Positions 36,748 to 51,624 of a stretch of 64,000 nucleotides of DNA are shown here, piece after piece. Each line of letters starts with the position of its first letter. Position 1 is the first letter of the stretch. Both the position numbers and the translations under genes were made by a program. The notes below the pieces were generated by a model. The model did not search any database. It was given only the letters and a program-made list of their open reading frames with translations, and was not told the origin of the DNA. The DNA comes from Dictyostelium discoideum (Eukaryota). The stretch lies in the NCBI GenBank assembly GCA_000004695.1, contig CM000153.2:5120001-5184000 (forward strand). The letters are read 5' to 3'.

Positions 36748-37951
36748 TCAATAAAAAATCAGATAAAATTGGTTTTTTTTCTTTTTTTTTTTTTTATTTT
36801 TCTTTTTTTTTTTAAATAAAAACCTTTTTTTTTTTTTTTTTTTTTGTGCAATAATATTTTTAGAAATTAAAAATATCTTTCGCGCTGAACATTTGTCCAT
36901 ATTATAATAATAAACCAAACTTCACTCCGATTATATTGAAAATTAAAAAAAAAAAAAAAAAAAAAAAATAGAAAAATTCAAATTAATTTCGAATTGATTG
37001 GTGCAAGGTATTTTCTTGGCATTATCACAAGTTCAAGCCGATAGTATGAAATAAAAAAAAAATAAAAAAAAAAAAAAAAAAAAAATAAATAAATAAATAA
37101 GTAAATAAATAAATAAAAAATAAACAAATAAAAAAAATAAAAATTTAAAACTAAACAAATAAAGTTTAAAAAAAAAAAAAAAAACAATAAATTATTTTAT
37201 CATTATAATAAAATTATTTGAAAGTTTTTAAACTAAAAATAAACCAAATTCTTTTTTTTGATTTTTTTTTTTTTTTTTAAAAAAATTGATTAATTAAATA
37301 ATTCTAGTAAAGGAATAATAAAATAAAAAGTTAATTTGGAAATGATTAAAATAATCATAAGATTAAAATAATTATTATTCACAGAATATTATGTATTTTT
37401 TTTTTTTTTTTTTTTTAATAATTTAAAAATAGTTTTTGGTTAAAAAAAAAAGTGATAATGAATAACACTGAAATATTAATTATTTTTTTTTTTATTATTT
37501 TGAACTTTAACAATTTAATCTATTCCAGAAACACCGAAACGCTTTGAATTAAAAAAAGACCTTTCAGACTTTTTGACATTAATAGTTTTCTTAAAAATAA
37601 AGATTACTTTTTTTTTTTTTGATTTTTTAAATTTCGTTTTTTTATTTTCACTTTTTTTTTTTTAGTCAATTTTTTTTTTTTTTTTTTTTTTTCGAACATT
37701 TTTTTTTGTTATAAAAAAAAAAAAAATAAAAATAAAATAAAAAAAAAAAAATTTTAAATATATATACTTACATTAACTAAAATTTTGAATAGTTCAAATG
37801 AAACATATTTACATTTTTTTATTACAAACTACTGAAAATTAAAATAATCACTCAAATTATTTTTTTTTTTTTTTTTATTTTTTTGAACCAATTTCCCTAC
37901 TCAATTTTTTGAAATAATTTATTTTTTCAACTTTTTTTTTAGTTACAGCCA

Positions 37952-37986
<35 letters not shown>

Positions 37987-38044
37987 CAATAATAATGATT
38001 CAAAAAATATAAAAAAATTAAAATTAAAATTATTAAATAAAATA

Positions 38045-43167
<5,123 letters not shown>

Positions 43168-43321
43168 AGGTTGTTGTAAAAATTATAATAGTAATATAAT
43201 TCTATTTTTTATTCTTTTCTTTTCTTTTTTTTTTTTTTTATAAAAAAAATATTATTATCATTATTAGTTCTTTATTTATTTTTTTTTGTATTTTAAATAA
43301 TATCCATTTAGAAACTTAAAA

Positions 43322-43364
<43 letters not shown>

Positions 43365-43424
43365 TTTTATATAATTTATAATTTATTTTTCTATTATAAC
43401 AATATATTAAAAATTTTAATTTAT

Positions 43425-44927
43425 TTAATAATGGCCATGATGATGATGATCATTTATTCTTGAATAATTATGACGTTTTGTTTTAATGTATTTAGCTATA
43501 ATGAAAATAATTACAATACCGATGAATACAGAGAAACCTACAATTAGACCAAGAGCCCATTTTGGAAGTTTAGAATGAGATGATGTATCAATATCATAAA
43601 CATTGATATTCAATTGAATTGTATATGGATTTTGATTGTTTGTACTATAGATTGATGGTATATTAACTGAAACATATAAAGAATCTGAATCATAATTGCT
43701 TATTAAAGAAGAACCTGGATTTGGTAGCAATGAAAGATAAGCATGATTTGGTGCGGTTGTTTGATTAAAACTATAGATATCAGATAAACTAATAACCATT
43801 AAAGAGTTTTTACCATCTCCACTTGATAATGTGATTGAATTTGAAGTTTCAGAGAAAACATTTGAATATCCACTCATTGAGTCATGTTGATTCGATATTT
43901 TAAATATCATTGAATAAGTTGCACCACCACTAGTTGTATAATAAACAGTTGGTAAATAGTTGATATTAATAGTTGGAGTTAAAGTAATTGTGGCTGCTGA
44001 TGATGATAATGGTAAATAGGCACCTTTGTAATTTTCATAGCTAAATGATGGTTCCTCAACTGAAGTGAAGCCAACATCATATTGCAATTGGTTAAGCCAT
44101 GGTTTTGAAGATGGTTTACCATTTGTATAGGTTGTACCATCCAATGTAAAAGATAAACCAACTTTGCTTGATGAATTACCACTGACTGCATATTGTGATA
44201 ATTGACTAACCATGGAAATATCTGATGTTGAACCAGCAGGATTTGCAATGATATGTGATAGAACAACACTGAATTGCTCATTTGATGAACTCATTGAAAA
44301 TGTGTTAAATGCTTGGACTATTGGTGATGGTAATGAAGTTTGGTTATAAACTCTGACACTACAATCAAATGATGCTTGGTTTTGGTTACATCTACATGTA
44401 TTTCCAACATCACAGAAACCATTTTCTGAACAACCACTTGGACAACTACTGTTTGTGAATATATATTTACTAGTTCCTAATACTGGTACTGGTCCAACAG
44501 CAATTTGTTTTGTTGGAGTTTTTGATGGTGTTGGTGTTGGTACTGGAATTGGTGTATAAACCATTACAATTGCCAATGTTGTAAAGTTTACTGCATTTTT
44601 ACCACTATAATTATCTGATAATCTACATGTAATGGTTTCACCAATTGAATCAATTGTTAAACTATCATCACAATCTAATCCATATGAAATATTTGATCCT
44701 TCTTCTGGTACATTGAGTGAAACTTTAATTCCTTCTGTACTATTTAAACAAAAAATACCTTGAATAACAACTAAACTATTAATATTGTATGGGTTAACTT
44801 CTGAAACGCTAAAAATCTTTTGATGGCATTCACTTGATGATGATGATGACGATGATGTTGATGAGACAAAATAATTATTAAATGAAATGGATAGAATTAA
44901 AAGAAATAAAAGTATCTTTTTTTCCAT
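43425..44927 (-). CDS. Type I membrane glycoprotein with an EGF-like module
   Basis: Signal peptide (MEKKILLFLLILSISFNN), poly-Ser, an EGF-like motif (CPSGCSENGFCDVGNTCRCNQNQASFDC), a Ser/Thr-rich ectodomain with many N-x-S/T sites, one TM helix (LGLIVGFSVFIGIVIIFIIA) and a His-rich cytoplasmic tail. Confidence 0.7.
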   Translation of the reverse strand: MEKKILLFLLILSISFNNYFVSSTSSSSSSSSECHQKIFSVSEVNPYNINSLVVIQGIFCLNSTEGIKVSLNVPEEGSNISYGLDCDDSLTIDSIGETITCRLSDNYSGKNAVNFTTLAIVMVYTPIPVPTPTPSKTPTKQIAVGPVPVLGTSKYIFTNSSCPSGCSENGFCDVGNTCRCNQNQASFDCSVRVYNQTSLPSPIVQAFNTFSMSSSNEQFSVVLSHIIANPAGSTSDISMVSQLSQYAVSGNSSSKVGLSFTLDGTTYTNGKPSSKPWLNQLQYDVGFTSVEEPSFSYENYKGAYLPLSSSAATITLTPTININYLPTVYYTTSGGATYSMIFKISNQHDSMSGYSNVFSETSNSITLSSGDGKNSLMVISLSDIYSFNQTTAPNHAYLSLLPNPGSSLISNYDSDSLYVSVNIPSIYSTNNQNPYTIQLNINVYDIDTSSHSKLPKWALGLIVGFSVFIGIVIIFIIAKYIKTKRHNYSRINDHHHHGHY

Positions 44928-45454
44928 TTTTTTAATTTATTTTACACTAAAAAAATAAATAATTGAAAAAAAAAAATTAAAAATATAAATGTTAAAAAAA
45001 AAAAAAAAAAAAAAGATATTTTAGAAAAATCACTGGTATCACGTATTTTTTTGGGTTGAAAATTTTGGAAATTTAGGTATGAAAAATTCCGATAAAAAAA
45101 AAAAAAAAAAAATTGTTTAGTGGAGATTTTTTTTTTTTTTTTTTTCATAACTTTATGCCATCCTGTTATATTTTATTTAAATTAAGAATTTTTTTTTTTT
45201 TGGCCATTATTAGTTTTTTTTGAATTGGATAGTTGTAGTCTGCTTCTCTTTGAGATTTTTTTTTTTTTTTTACAGACCTTGAATTAAAAGTGTTTGGAAA
45301 GGGTTTGAAAAGGGATTATCAATTTTTATTTCTTTTTTAATAGAATAATAGAAATAGTGTTTATTAAAAAAAATAATAAAAATAATTATTTTATTTTTAA
45401 ACAATAATTTGGATACTTCAGTGTGCACCATAGTTTAATTAAAAATAATCGATT

Positions 45455-45489
<35 letters not shown>

Positions 45490-45800
45490 AATTGGATAAC
45501 GCAATTATTATTTGCTTCTCCTTGAGATGCTAGATCTCATTTTATTTTTTTTTTTTTTTTACAGGGTCTTTTTGATTAAAACATCTTTTTTGTCCAAACT
45601 TTTTTCTAAATCTTTTTTTATTTTATCGTCTGGTTCGTGATTGATGTTTATGACGTATTTGAATTGTTTTTTTTTTAATTGAGTTTTATCCACAATTTCG
45701 CTTATTTTTTGTAGGCATTTGTGTTGCTTAATATTTGTGGTGTTGTTTGTGATTTTCATTTTATTTTCTTTCTATCTTTTTTATTTTTCTGATTAACTTG

Positions 45801-45842
<42 letters not shown>

Positions 45843-46319
45843 TTATAGAAAGTACTGAGTGAATTATTGTATTTTTTGAGATGTTTAGGAAGTTCTATTG
45901 CGGGTGTTGATGATGATTTGTGACACCCCTTGTCCTGTTTTATCAATTGGTGCGTGGTGTGTTATTTTGTTTTTATATTGTTGATTTATTGAGTAAATTT
46001 TATTTGTTTTTATATTTGTTTCAGTTAGAAGTGCTGCGTCCAGCTTGTTGTTGTCTAAAACGGTGTTTATTATGCTGGCAGATTGGATGGTATTGGATCC
46101 TTGGACGTTCCAAACACCTATTCTTATTGTGTTTTTCTTTATAGTTTTATTTGGGGTAGATTTTTATCTACCTTTTGAAGTTTCTGGTTTATTTTGTCTT
46201 CTAACTGATCTTTACTTTGTTCATTGTGTTGTTGGTCTTGTGTGTTTGTGGGGTTTTTTGATTTATTGATTTGTTTTAGAATTTCCTTGTTGAAGTTGTC
46301 TATATCTTCATCCATTTTT

Positions 46320-46419
46320 NNNNNNNNNNNNNNNNNNNNNNNNNNNNNNNNNNNNNNNNNNNNNNNNNNNNNNNNNNNNNNNNNNNNNNNNNNNNNNNNN
46401 NNNNNNNNNNNNNNNNNNN
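46320..46419. other. Assembly gap (100 N)
   Basis: A run of exactly 100 N. Sequence 45856-46319 before the gap matches 46420-46883 after it at a constant offset of 564. Confidence 0.95.
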
Positions 46420-46702
46420 TGAGTGAATTATTGTATTTTTTGAGATGTTTAGGAAGTTCTATTGCGGGTGTTGATGATGATTTGTGACACCCCTTGTCCT
46501 GTTTTATCAATTGGTGCGTGGTGTGTTATTTTGTTTTTATATTGTTGATTTATTGAGTAAATTTTATTTGTTTTTATATTTGTTTCAGTTAGAAGTGCTG
46601 CGTCCAGCTTGTTGTTGTCTAAAACGGTGTTTATTATGCTGGCAGATTGGATGGTATTGGATCCTTGGACGTTCCAAACACCTATTCTTATTGTGTTTTT
46701 CT

Positions 46703-48037
46703 TTATAGTTTTATTTGGGGTAGATTTTTATCTACCTTTTGAAGTTTCTGGTTTATTTTGTCTTCTAACTGATCTTTACTTTGTTCATTGTGTTGTTGGT
46801 CTTGTGTGTTTGTGGGGTTTTTTGATTTATTGATTTGTTTTAGAATTTCCTTGTTGAAGTTGTCTATATCTTCATCCATTTTTGTTTTTATGCTTTTTTG
46901 TCCATATTCACCCAATTTTGGTTTGACTGGTGTTTTGTTGGTCTTGTTTGTTTTGTCTTGTTGTTTCTTTTTTGGTGTGTTTAACAATTTACTTGGTGAA
47001 TCGATAATTTTCGATGGTGTACCATAGGTTGGGCTGAAACTCATGATATGTTTTATTGGAGAGGAGAAGAACCATTGATTTGAAGGGATTGAAAGTGGGA
47101 ATTCTATTTTTCTTATTGCATCAGTGTTTGGGCTGGTGAAGTCGAAGATATCATTTGCCTCTCTAAGTTTTTCTTCCGTTGTTAGTCCCTTTGTTTCGCC
47201 GTGTTGTTTTATTGGTGTATTGTATGGAGATGGTGGTTCGATAGGTTTTTCTGATTTTGTTTTAATTTCTTGATTGTTTATCGATTGTGTATTGATCTCA
47301 TTCTCTATTCTTGTTAGTTCATCTACGTTTTCTAGTGATGCTTCTATTACCTTTTGAGCTGTATCATCTAGGGCCATAAATGTTTTATCATTAGATGAGG
47401 ATGTGATTGGTGGGATAATGATTGTTCTTTTTCCTTGTTTTGGTATTTGTTCTGATGTAGATTGTGGTTGTTGTTCATCTGATTGTTTTTTATTTTTGTT
47501 TTCTTCTTGATTTTCTGGTAATGAGGTTTGATCTCTCCATCCTTTGTTGGAGTGTCCAATTAATGTTAGATTGTCTAGTTCAATGATAGTGTCAAATTCT
47601 TCTACGACTCTTTTCACTGTTTTGATAATTAGAGTTTCGCCTTTAATTTCTGATTTAATTAGTTTACATCCTTCATTTTCTATTACCCATTCTATTTCTG
47701 TGAGTGATTTATACCAATCAAAATCTGTATACATATTTTTTGGTCTTATAGTGGTTATAAATTGTCCTTTTAATTCTGCATCAAACATATTTACAAAATA
47801 GATTACTGTACTAATACTGTCTGTGAGAATTTTGAATGTATTATTACTTTTGATTAAAACATCTTTTTTGTCCAAACTTTTTTCTAAATCTTTTTTTATT
47901 TTATCGTCTGGTTCGTGATTGATGTTTATGACGTATTTGAATTGTTTTTTTTTTAATTGAGTTTTATCCACAATTTCGCTTATTTTTTGTAGGCATTTGT
48001 GTTGCTTAATATTTGTGGTGTTGTTTGTGATTTTCAT
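46703..48037 (-). CDS. Retroelement ORF1 protein (444 aa), TRE5-A-like
   Basis: Intact ORF. Its first 63 codons recur at 45563..45759 and its last 60 codons at 46139..46318. The product is basic and Ser/Thr/Lys-rich, as expected of ORF1 proteins. Confidence 0.65.
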   Translation of the reverse strand: MKITNNTTNIKQHKCLQKISEIVDKTQLKKKQFKYVININHEPDDKIKKDLEKSLDKKDVLIKSNNTFKILTDSISTVIYFVNMFDAELKGQFITTIRPKNMYTDFDWYKSLTEIEWVIENEGCKLIKSEIKGETLIIKTVKRVVEEFDTIIELDNLTLIGHSNKGWRDQTSLPENQEENKNKKQSDEQQPQSTSEQIPKQGKRTIIIPPITSSSNDKTFMALDDTAQKVIEASLENVDELTRIENEINTQSINNQEIKTKSEKPIEPPSPYNTPIKQHGETKGLTTEEKLREANDIFDFTSPNTDAIRKIEFPLSIPSNQWFFSSPIKHIMSFSPTYGTPSKIIDSPSKLLNTPKKKQQDKTNKTNKTPVKPKLGEYGQKSIKTKMDEDIDNFNKEILKQINKSKNPTNTQDQQHNEQSKDQLEDKINQKLQKVDKNLPQIKL

Positions 48038-48112
48038 TTTATTTTCTTTCTATCTTTTTTATTTTTCTTTAAAAAGTTAAAAATCTGGAAATTTTCTAAT
48101 TAACTTGGTTCC

Positions 48113-48156
<44 letters not shown>

Positions 48157-48271
48157 TCTTTTTTATATGAAAAATGAAATAATCAAAAAAAGAGATTGTT
48201 GTTGTTGTTTGTTTTTTTCGATCTCCAAAATAATCGATTTATTTTGCTATTAAAATTTTTATTTCATCCAA

Positions 48272-48354
48272 AGCAAGGGTAGGAAAGTCTGGTTAAATCC
48301 GTGTGACTTAAGATCTCATCCATTCGGTTCGCGAGTTCGAATCTCGCCTCTTGC
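48272..48354 (+). tRNA. tRNA-Leu (anticodon UAA), class II with a long variable arm, 83 nt, no encoded CCA
   Basis: Manual cloverleaf fold. The 7-bp acceptor stem GCAAGGG/CTCTTGC includes one G-U pair, with discriminator A. U8 and A9 are present. The D-stem is 3 bp, with GG in the D-loop. The anticodon loop is CTTAAGA (anticodon TAA, U33 present), on a 5-bp stem with one U-U mismatch. The variable stem-loop is CC-ATTC-GG. The T-arm is GCGAG-TTCGAAT-CTCGC. Confidence 0.8.
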
Positions 48355-48391
48355 AATGTTTTCTTAATTTCAATTATTCGATTATTGGTTC

Positions 48392-48402
48392 AATTCTTTA
48401 AT
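48392..48402 (+). promoter_or_regulatory. Candidate external B-box (ex-B) downstream of the tRNA gene
   Basis: GGTTCAATTCT lies 38 bp downstream of the tRNA 3' end and resembles the internal B-box GGTTCGAATCT of the same tRNA. Dictyostelium tRNA genes commonly carry an extra B-box about 30-40 bp downstream. Confidence 0.4.
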
Positions 48403-48407
48403 GAAAC

Positions 48408-48656
48408 AATATACAAATTAAATAACAGAGACCAATTAATAATCAACTTCAACACATCATGGCATAACCCGAACACTCCAAACCCAATTCCATTATAATA
48501 AAAAAAAAAAAAAAAAAAAAAAACAAGTAGTAGTAATCATAATATAACCAAAAATATCAACATATAACAATATAAAAATTTAAAAATTTAAAAATCTAAA
48601 AATTTAAAAATGTAATAAAATATAACAATACACCGCTTTTAGGTAAAAAAAAAAAA
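48408..48656 (+). mobile_element. Two tandem poly(A)-terminated fragments, possibly 3' ends of a downstream-targeting tRNA retroelement, flanked by a 16-bp direct repeat
   Basis: GGTTCAATTCTTTAAT occurs at 48392-48407 and again at 48657-48672. Between the two copies lie two segments, each ending in a long A-run (48497-48520 and 48645-48656). The first segment has unusually C-rich sequence (ggcataacccgaacactccaaacccaattcc). Confidence 0.3.
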
Positions 48657-49135
48657 GGTTCAATTCTTTAATTTTAAATCCAAGGTTTCATAGGTTTTTG
48701 TTACATAGTTGCACATGTTAACCACTATGCTGTGCCCATTTTTATGAGCTTAAAGATTACCCGTAGTCTAGAATCAAATCAAAAAAACCGCCAAAACCAA
48801 CCAAACACCCAAAAAAAAAAACTGGCGAACCTATTGGATGGATACAAAATTAACATAAAAAAAAATTCTCCCTCAAACAAATCAATAGAACCCGACTAAA
48901 CCACGATTAGCATTATTTTTAAAAATATAATCCATAAATAAACTTTTAGCTATTGTAAATTTATTCACTTAAATGGATAAACTCTAAAAAAAAAAATTAA
49001 AAAATAAAAGATAAAAAATTTGTATTACTTGAATTAATACTGTTACAGAAGAAATGTTTTATTAATTTTTATTTTTTATTTATTTTTATTTTTTTAATAA
49101 TTTTTTATCTTTTTATTATTTTTATAATTATTTCA

Positions 49136-49177
<42 letters not shown>

Positions 49178-49197
49178 AGGGCATTGGATAATTATTT

Positions 49198-50721
49198 TTA
49201 AGAACAATAATTATCCCAATTAAAATTAATAACATTTGAAAAGAGAGATTTAAAAAGTTGATAATTACAAAAGATATCATTACAGCCTGGTATTAAAATT
49301 GGTGATTCATTGTGTTCAACCAAAATTTTAAAATCATTTTCTCCACCACAATCATATAAAAACATTACTAAATTTGTAGAGTAAGGAACTATAACACTTG
49401 TTTTAAAATTTCTATTAATAATTTGATTTGAAGTTAAATTTGCAAATAAATGGTATTCATCTTTAAATAAACCCAATAAAGACATTAATGGTATTACAGT
49501 TTCTGAATGAGCAAATCTTAATATATTTTTTGGATATTTATTATTATCAATTGAAAATTCATCATTATTTTCTTCATCTTTATTATCATTATCACTATTA
49601 CTATTATTATTACTATTATTATTTAAATTAATTATTGAATCAAAATGATTAAAAATATCTTTTAATAATGGTGAAGAAATTTCATAATTAATTTTATTAC
49701 CATAACTACTTAACCAATAATCATCCAAATCTTTTGAATATTCTAAATCCAAAATATTTTGTTTATTTAATAGACTACACCAATGATTTGTAATATTTCC
49801 AATGGCAACATCATAAACACATGATAAAAATATTGTATTAATTATTGAATTTGAAAGTTCCCAATCATTGAGATTTGAATTTGGTATACCTAATCTTTTT
49901 TTAATTTCAATTCCAATTGATGGATATTTCATTTGTTTCCAAATTTCTCTTTCATTGTCATTAATTGATTGATCTCGTAAAGCATTGTTATATTTATCAC
50001 AATTTAAAAAGAAACTTAGTAAAATATCTTTATCAAGTGTTGAAGTTTCAATATGAACCGGTTGAAAATTATCACCCAAAACTCCAGTTCCTTCAAATAA
50101 TCCATAGGCGAAAGATGAAGCACTAACTCCAGTACGAGAAATAATAGTTGATGAAATCTTTGTAGTTTGTGGTTTATAATTTCCAAAATAATTTGGAAAT
50201 CTTTTTAAAAATCTTTTTGAGAGATGGTAATGTTCCAATTGGCCTTGAGTTAATAAATTTCCTGCGATTTCAATTTTATAAGGAACAGTGTAATTTTTTA
50301 ACCAACCAAATTCTCCATCATTTTCAATGTATTTATTAATTTTTAAAATTTCATTTTGTAATTTTTTCATTTTTTTAATAACAGATGCTTCTGGCATTCT
50401 TGAACCATGACGACCAATAAAATCAATTGAAATTAATTTACATTGTTGTTGTTGTTGTTTAAAATTATTATTATTATTTTCATCTTTTTTTATAAAATGA
50501 TTTGATTTATAATATGGTGTTTTAGTTGTTAAATGTTTAATTAAAAAATTAAAATCATAATTTTGATATTCTCCAAATGTTATTTCTTTTTGTTTTTGGA
50601 AAATATCATTATTAATTTTAATTTGATTAAAAACTTTTAAATTATTTTTTTCAATTTGGCACCATATTAAATTAAAATTTATTAATAAATAAATAAATAT
50701 TATTAAAAAAATAATTTTCAT
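49198..50721 (-). CDS. Secreted histidine acid phosphatase (histidine phosphatase superfamily branch 2, MINPP-like)
   Basis: Signal peptide. RHGSRMP matches the RHGxRxP catalytic signature (IGRHGSRMPEAS). The C-terminal HSET resembles the HD/HAE proton-donor motif (RFAHSETVIPL). Intronless, 507 aa. Confidence 0.75.
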   Translation of the reverse strand: MKIIFLIIFIYLLINFNLIWCQIEKNNLKVFNQIKINNDIFQKQKEITFGEYQNYDFNFLIKHLTTKTPYYKSNHFIKKDENNNNNFKQQQQQCKLISIDFIGRHGSRMPEASVIKKMKKLQNEILKINKYIENDGEFGWLKNYTVPYKIEIAGNLLTQGQLEHYHLSKRFLKRFPNYFGNYKPQTTKISSTIISRTGVSASSFAYGLFEGTGVLGDNFQPVHIETSTLDKDILLSFFLNCDKYNNALRDQSINDNEREIWKQMKYPSIGIEIKKRLGIPNSNLNDWELSNSIINTIFLSCVYDVAIGNITNHWCSLLNKQNILDLEYSKDLDDYWLSSYGNKINYEISSPLLKDIFNHFDSIINLNNNSNNNSNSDNDNKDEENNDEFSIDNNKYPKNILRFAHSETVIPLMSLLGLFKDEYHLFANLTSNQIINRNFKTSVIVPYSTNLVMFLYDCGGENDFKILVEHNESPILIPGCNDIFCNYQLFKSLFSNVINFNWDNYCS

Positions 50722-50725
50722 TGTT

Positions 50726-50764
<39 letters not shown>

Positions 50765-51000
50765 ATATAATTTAAATAAATTAATAATTTAAAAAATTAT
50801 AAGATTCCAAAATTTTTTAAAAAAAAATTATTTAGAATTTTTTATTATATATTTTAAAATAGATATTTAAATGTAAAGTTATTTTTAAAAAATAAAATGG
50901 ACCACCATAAAAATTTTCAAGATATTAGTTTTAAATTAAAAAACAGGCATTTTTTTTTTTTTTTCCCTTTTAAAGTTACTAGATTTTTTATCTAAAAAAG

Positions 51001-51047
<47 letters not shown>

Positions 51048-51362
51048 AAAAATTAAAAAATAAAAACAATTCTCCATTTCCAAAGTTATTTTAATAAAAG
51101 CATGATGTAAAAAAAAAATTATCCGTTTTCAAAGATTTGTTTTTATTTTTATTGTGAATATATAATAAAAAAAAATAAAAAAAAATAAATAAAAAATTAA
51201 TAGTGACAATTTATAAAACAATTATATCTTTTTATCTTTTTTATTTTTTTTATTTTATTTATTTTATTTATTTATTTATTTATTTTATTACTTTCTTTTT
51301 TATTTTATTTATGTTTTTTTTTTTTTTTTTTTTTTATTTTTTATTATTTATTATTGTTATTA

Positions 51363-51593
51363 TTATTTTTGTTCTCTTAATTGTTTATATAAATTTGTAG
51401 TTATATCCAAACGTTTTTGAGCATTTTCGAATTTGGTATTAGCTTCGGCAAGGGAGGCTTGTAATTGTTTATTTTGATTTGAGATGACATCATAACGAGC
51501 TTTACCTTCATCGATTTGATCTTGAAGAGATTGAATATCATCAGCTTTAATTTCACCATTACCATTAGCATTACCATTTTCAGTGTTACTGTT

Positions 51594-51624
<31 letters not shown>

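Larger units (their letters stand above)
45441..48227 (-). mobile_element. Cluster of tRNA-gene-targeted non-LTR retroelement (TRE5-A-like) copies and fragments, each ending in poly(A) on the minus strand
   Basis: A complete ORF1 (46703..48037) is present. A duplicated ORF1 C-terminus plus 3' region lies at 45841-46319, followed by poly(A) read as T-runs at 45806-45840. A fragment at 45563-45800 carries the 5' UTR piece and the first 63 codons of ORF1. A 3'-module-like unit lies at 45469-45562 and is also found as a solo copy at 45215-45287. Further poly(A) tails lie at 48118-48153 and 45441-45468. The cluster is bounded by a 19-bp direct repeat AAAATAATCGATTTATTTT (45422-45440 and 48228-48246), consistent with a target-site duplication. 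Its 5' end is 45 bp upstream of the tRNA gene at 48272. Confidence 0.6.

Noticed and set aside
43979-44281. Minus ORF 43979..44281 inside the EGF-like membrane protein gene.
   Set aside because: It is an alternative frame of the same strand, entirely inside the 500-aa ORF.
45559-45759. ORF 45559..45759- (MKITNNTTN...KKTL) and the small plus-strand ORFs 45920..46144, 46045..46269, 46224..46487, 46484..46708, 46609..46833, 46788..47027, 47368..47559- and 47544..47801+.
   Set aside because: The first is a truncated duplicate of the retroelement ORF1 5' end, fused to a 3'-module repeat. The others are antisense or other-frame readings within retroelement sequence, duplicated because of the repeat around the N gap.
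48690-48780. A tRNA-like patch on the minus strand (GGGCACAGCATAGTGGTTAACATGTGC...), with an A-box-like TAGTGGTTA.
   Set aside because: I could not fold a complete cloverleaf. There is no convincing anticodon stem, T-arm or acceptor pairing. It may be a degenerate tRNA or retroelement remnant but is not supportable as a tRNA gene.
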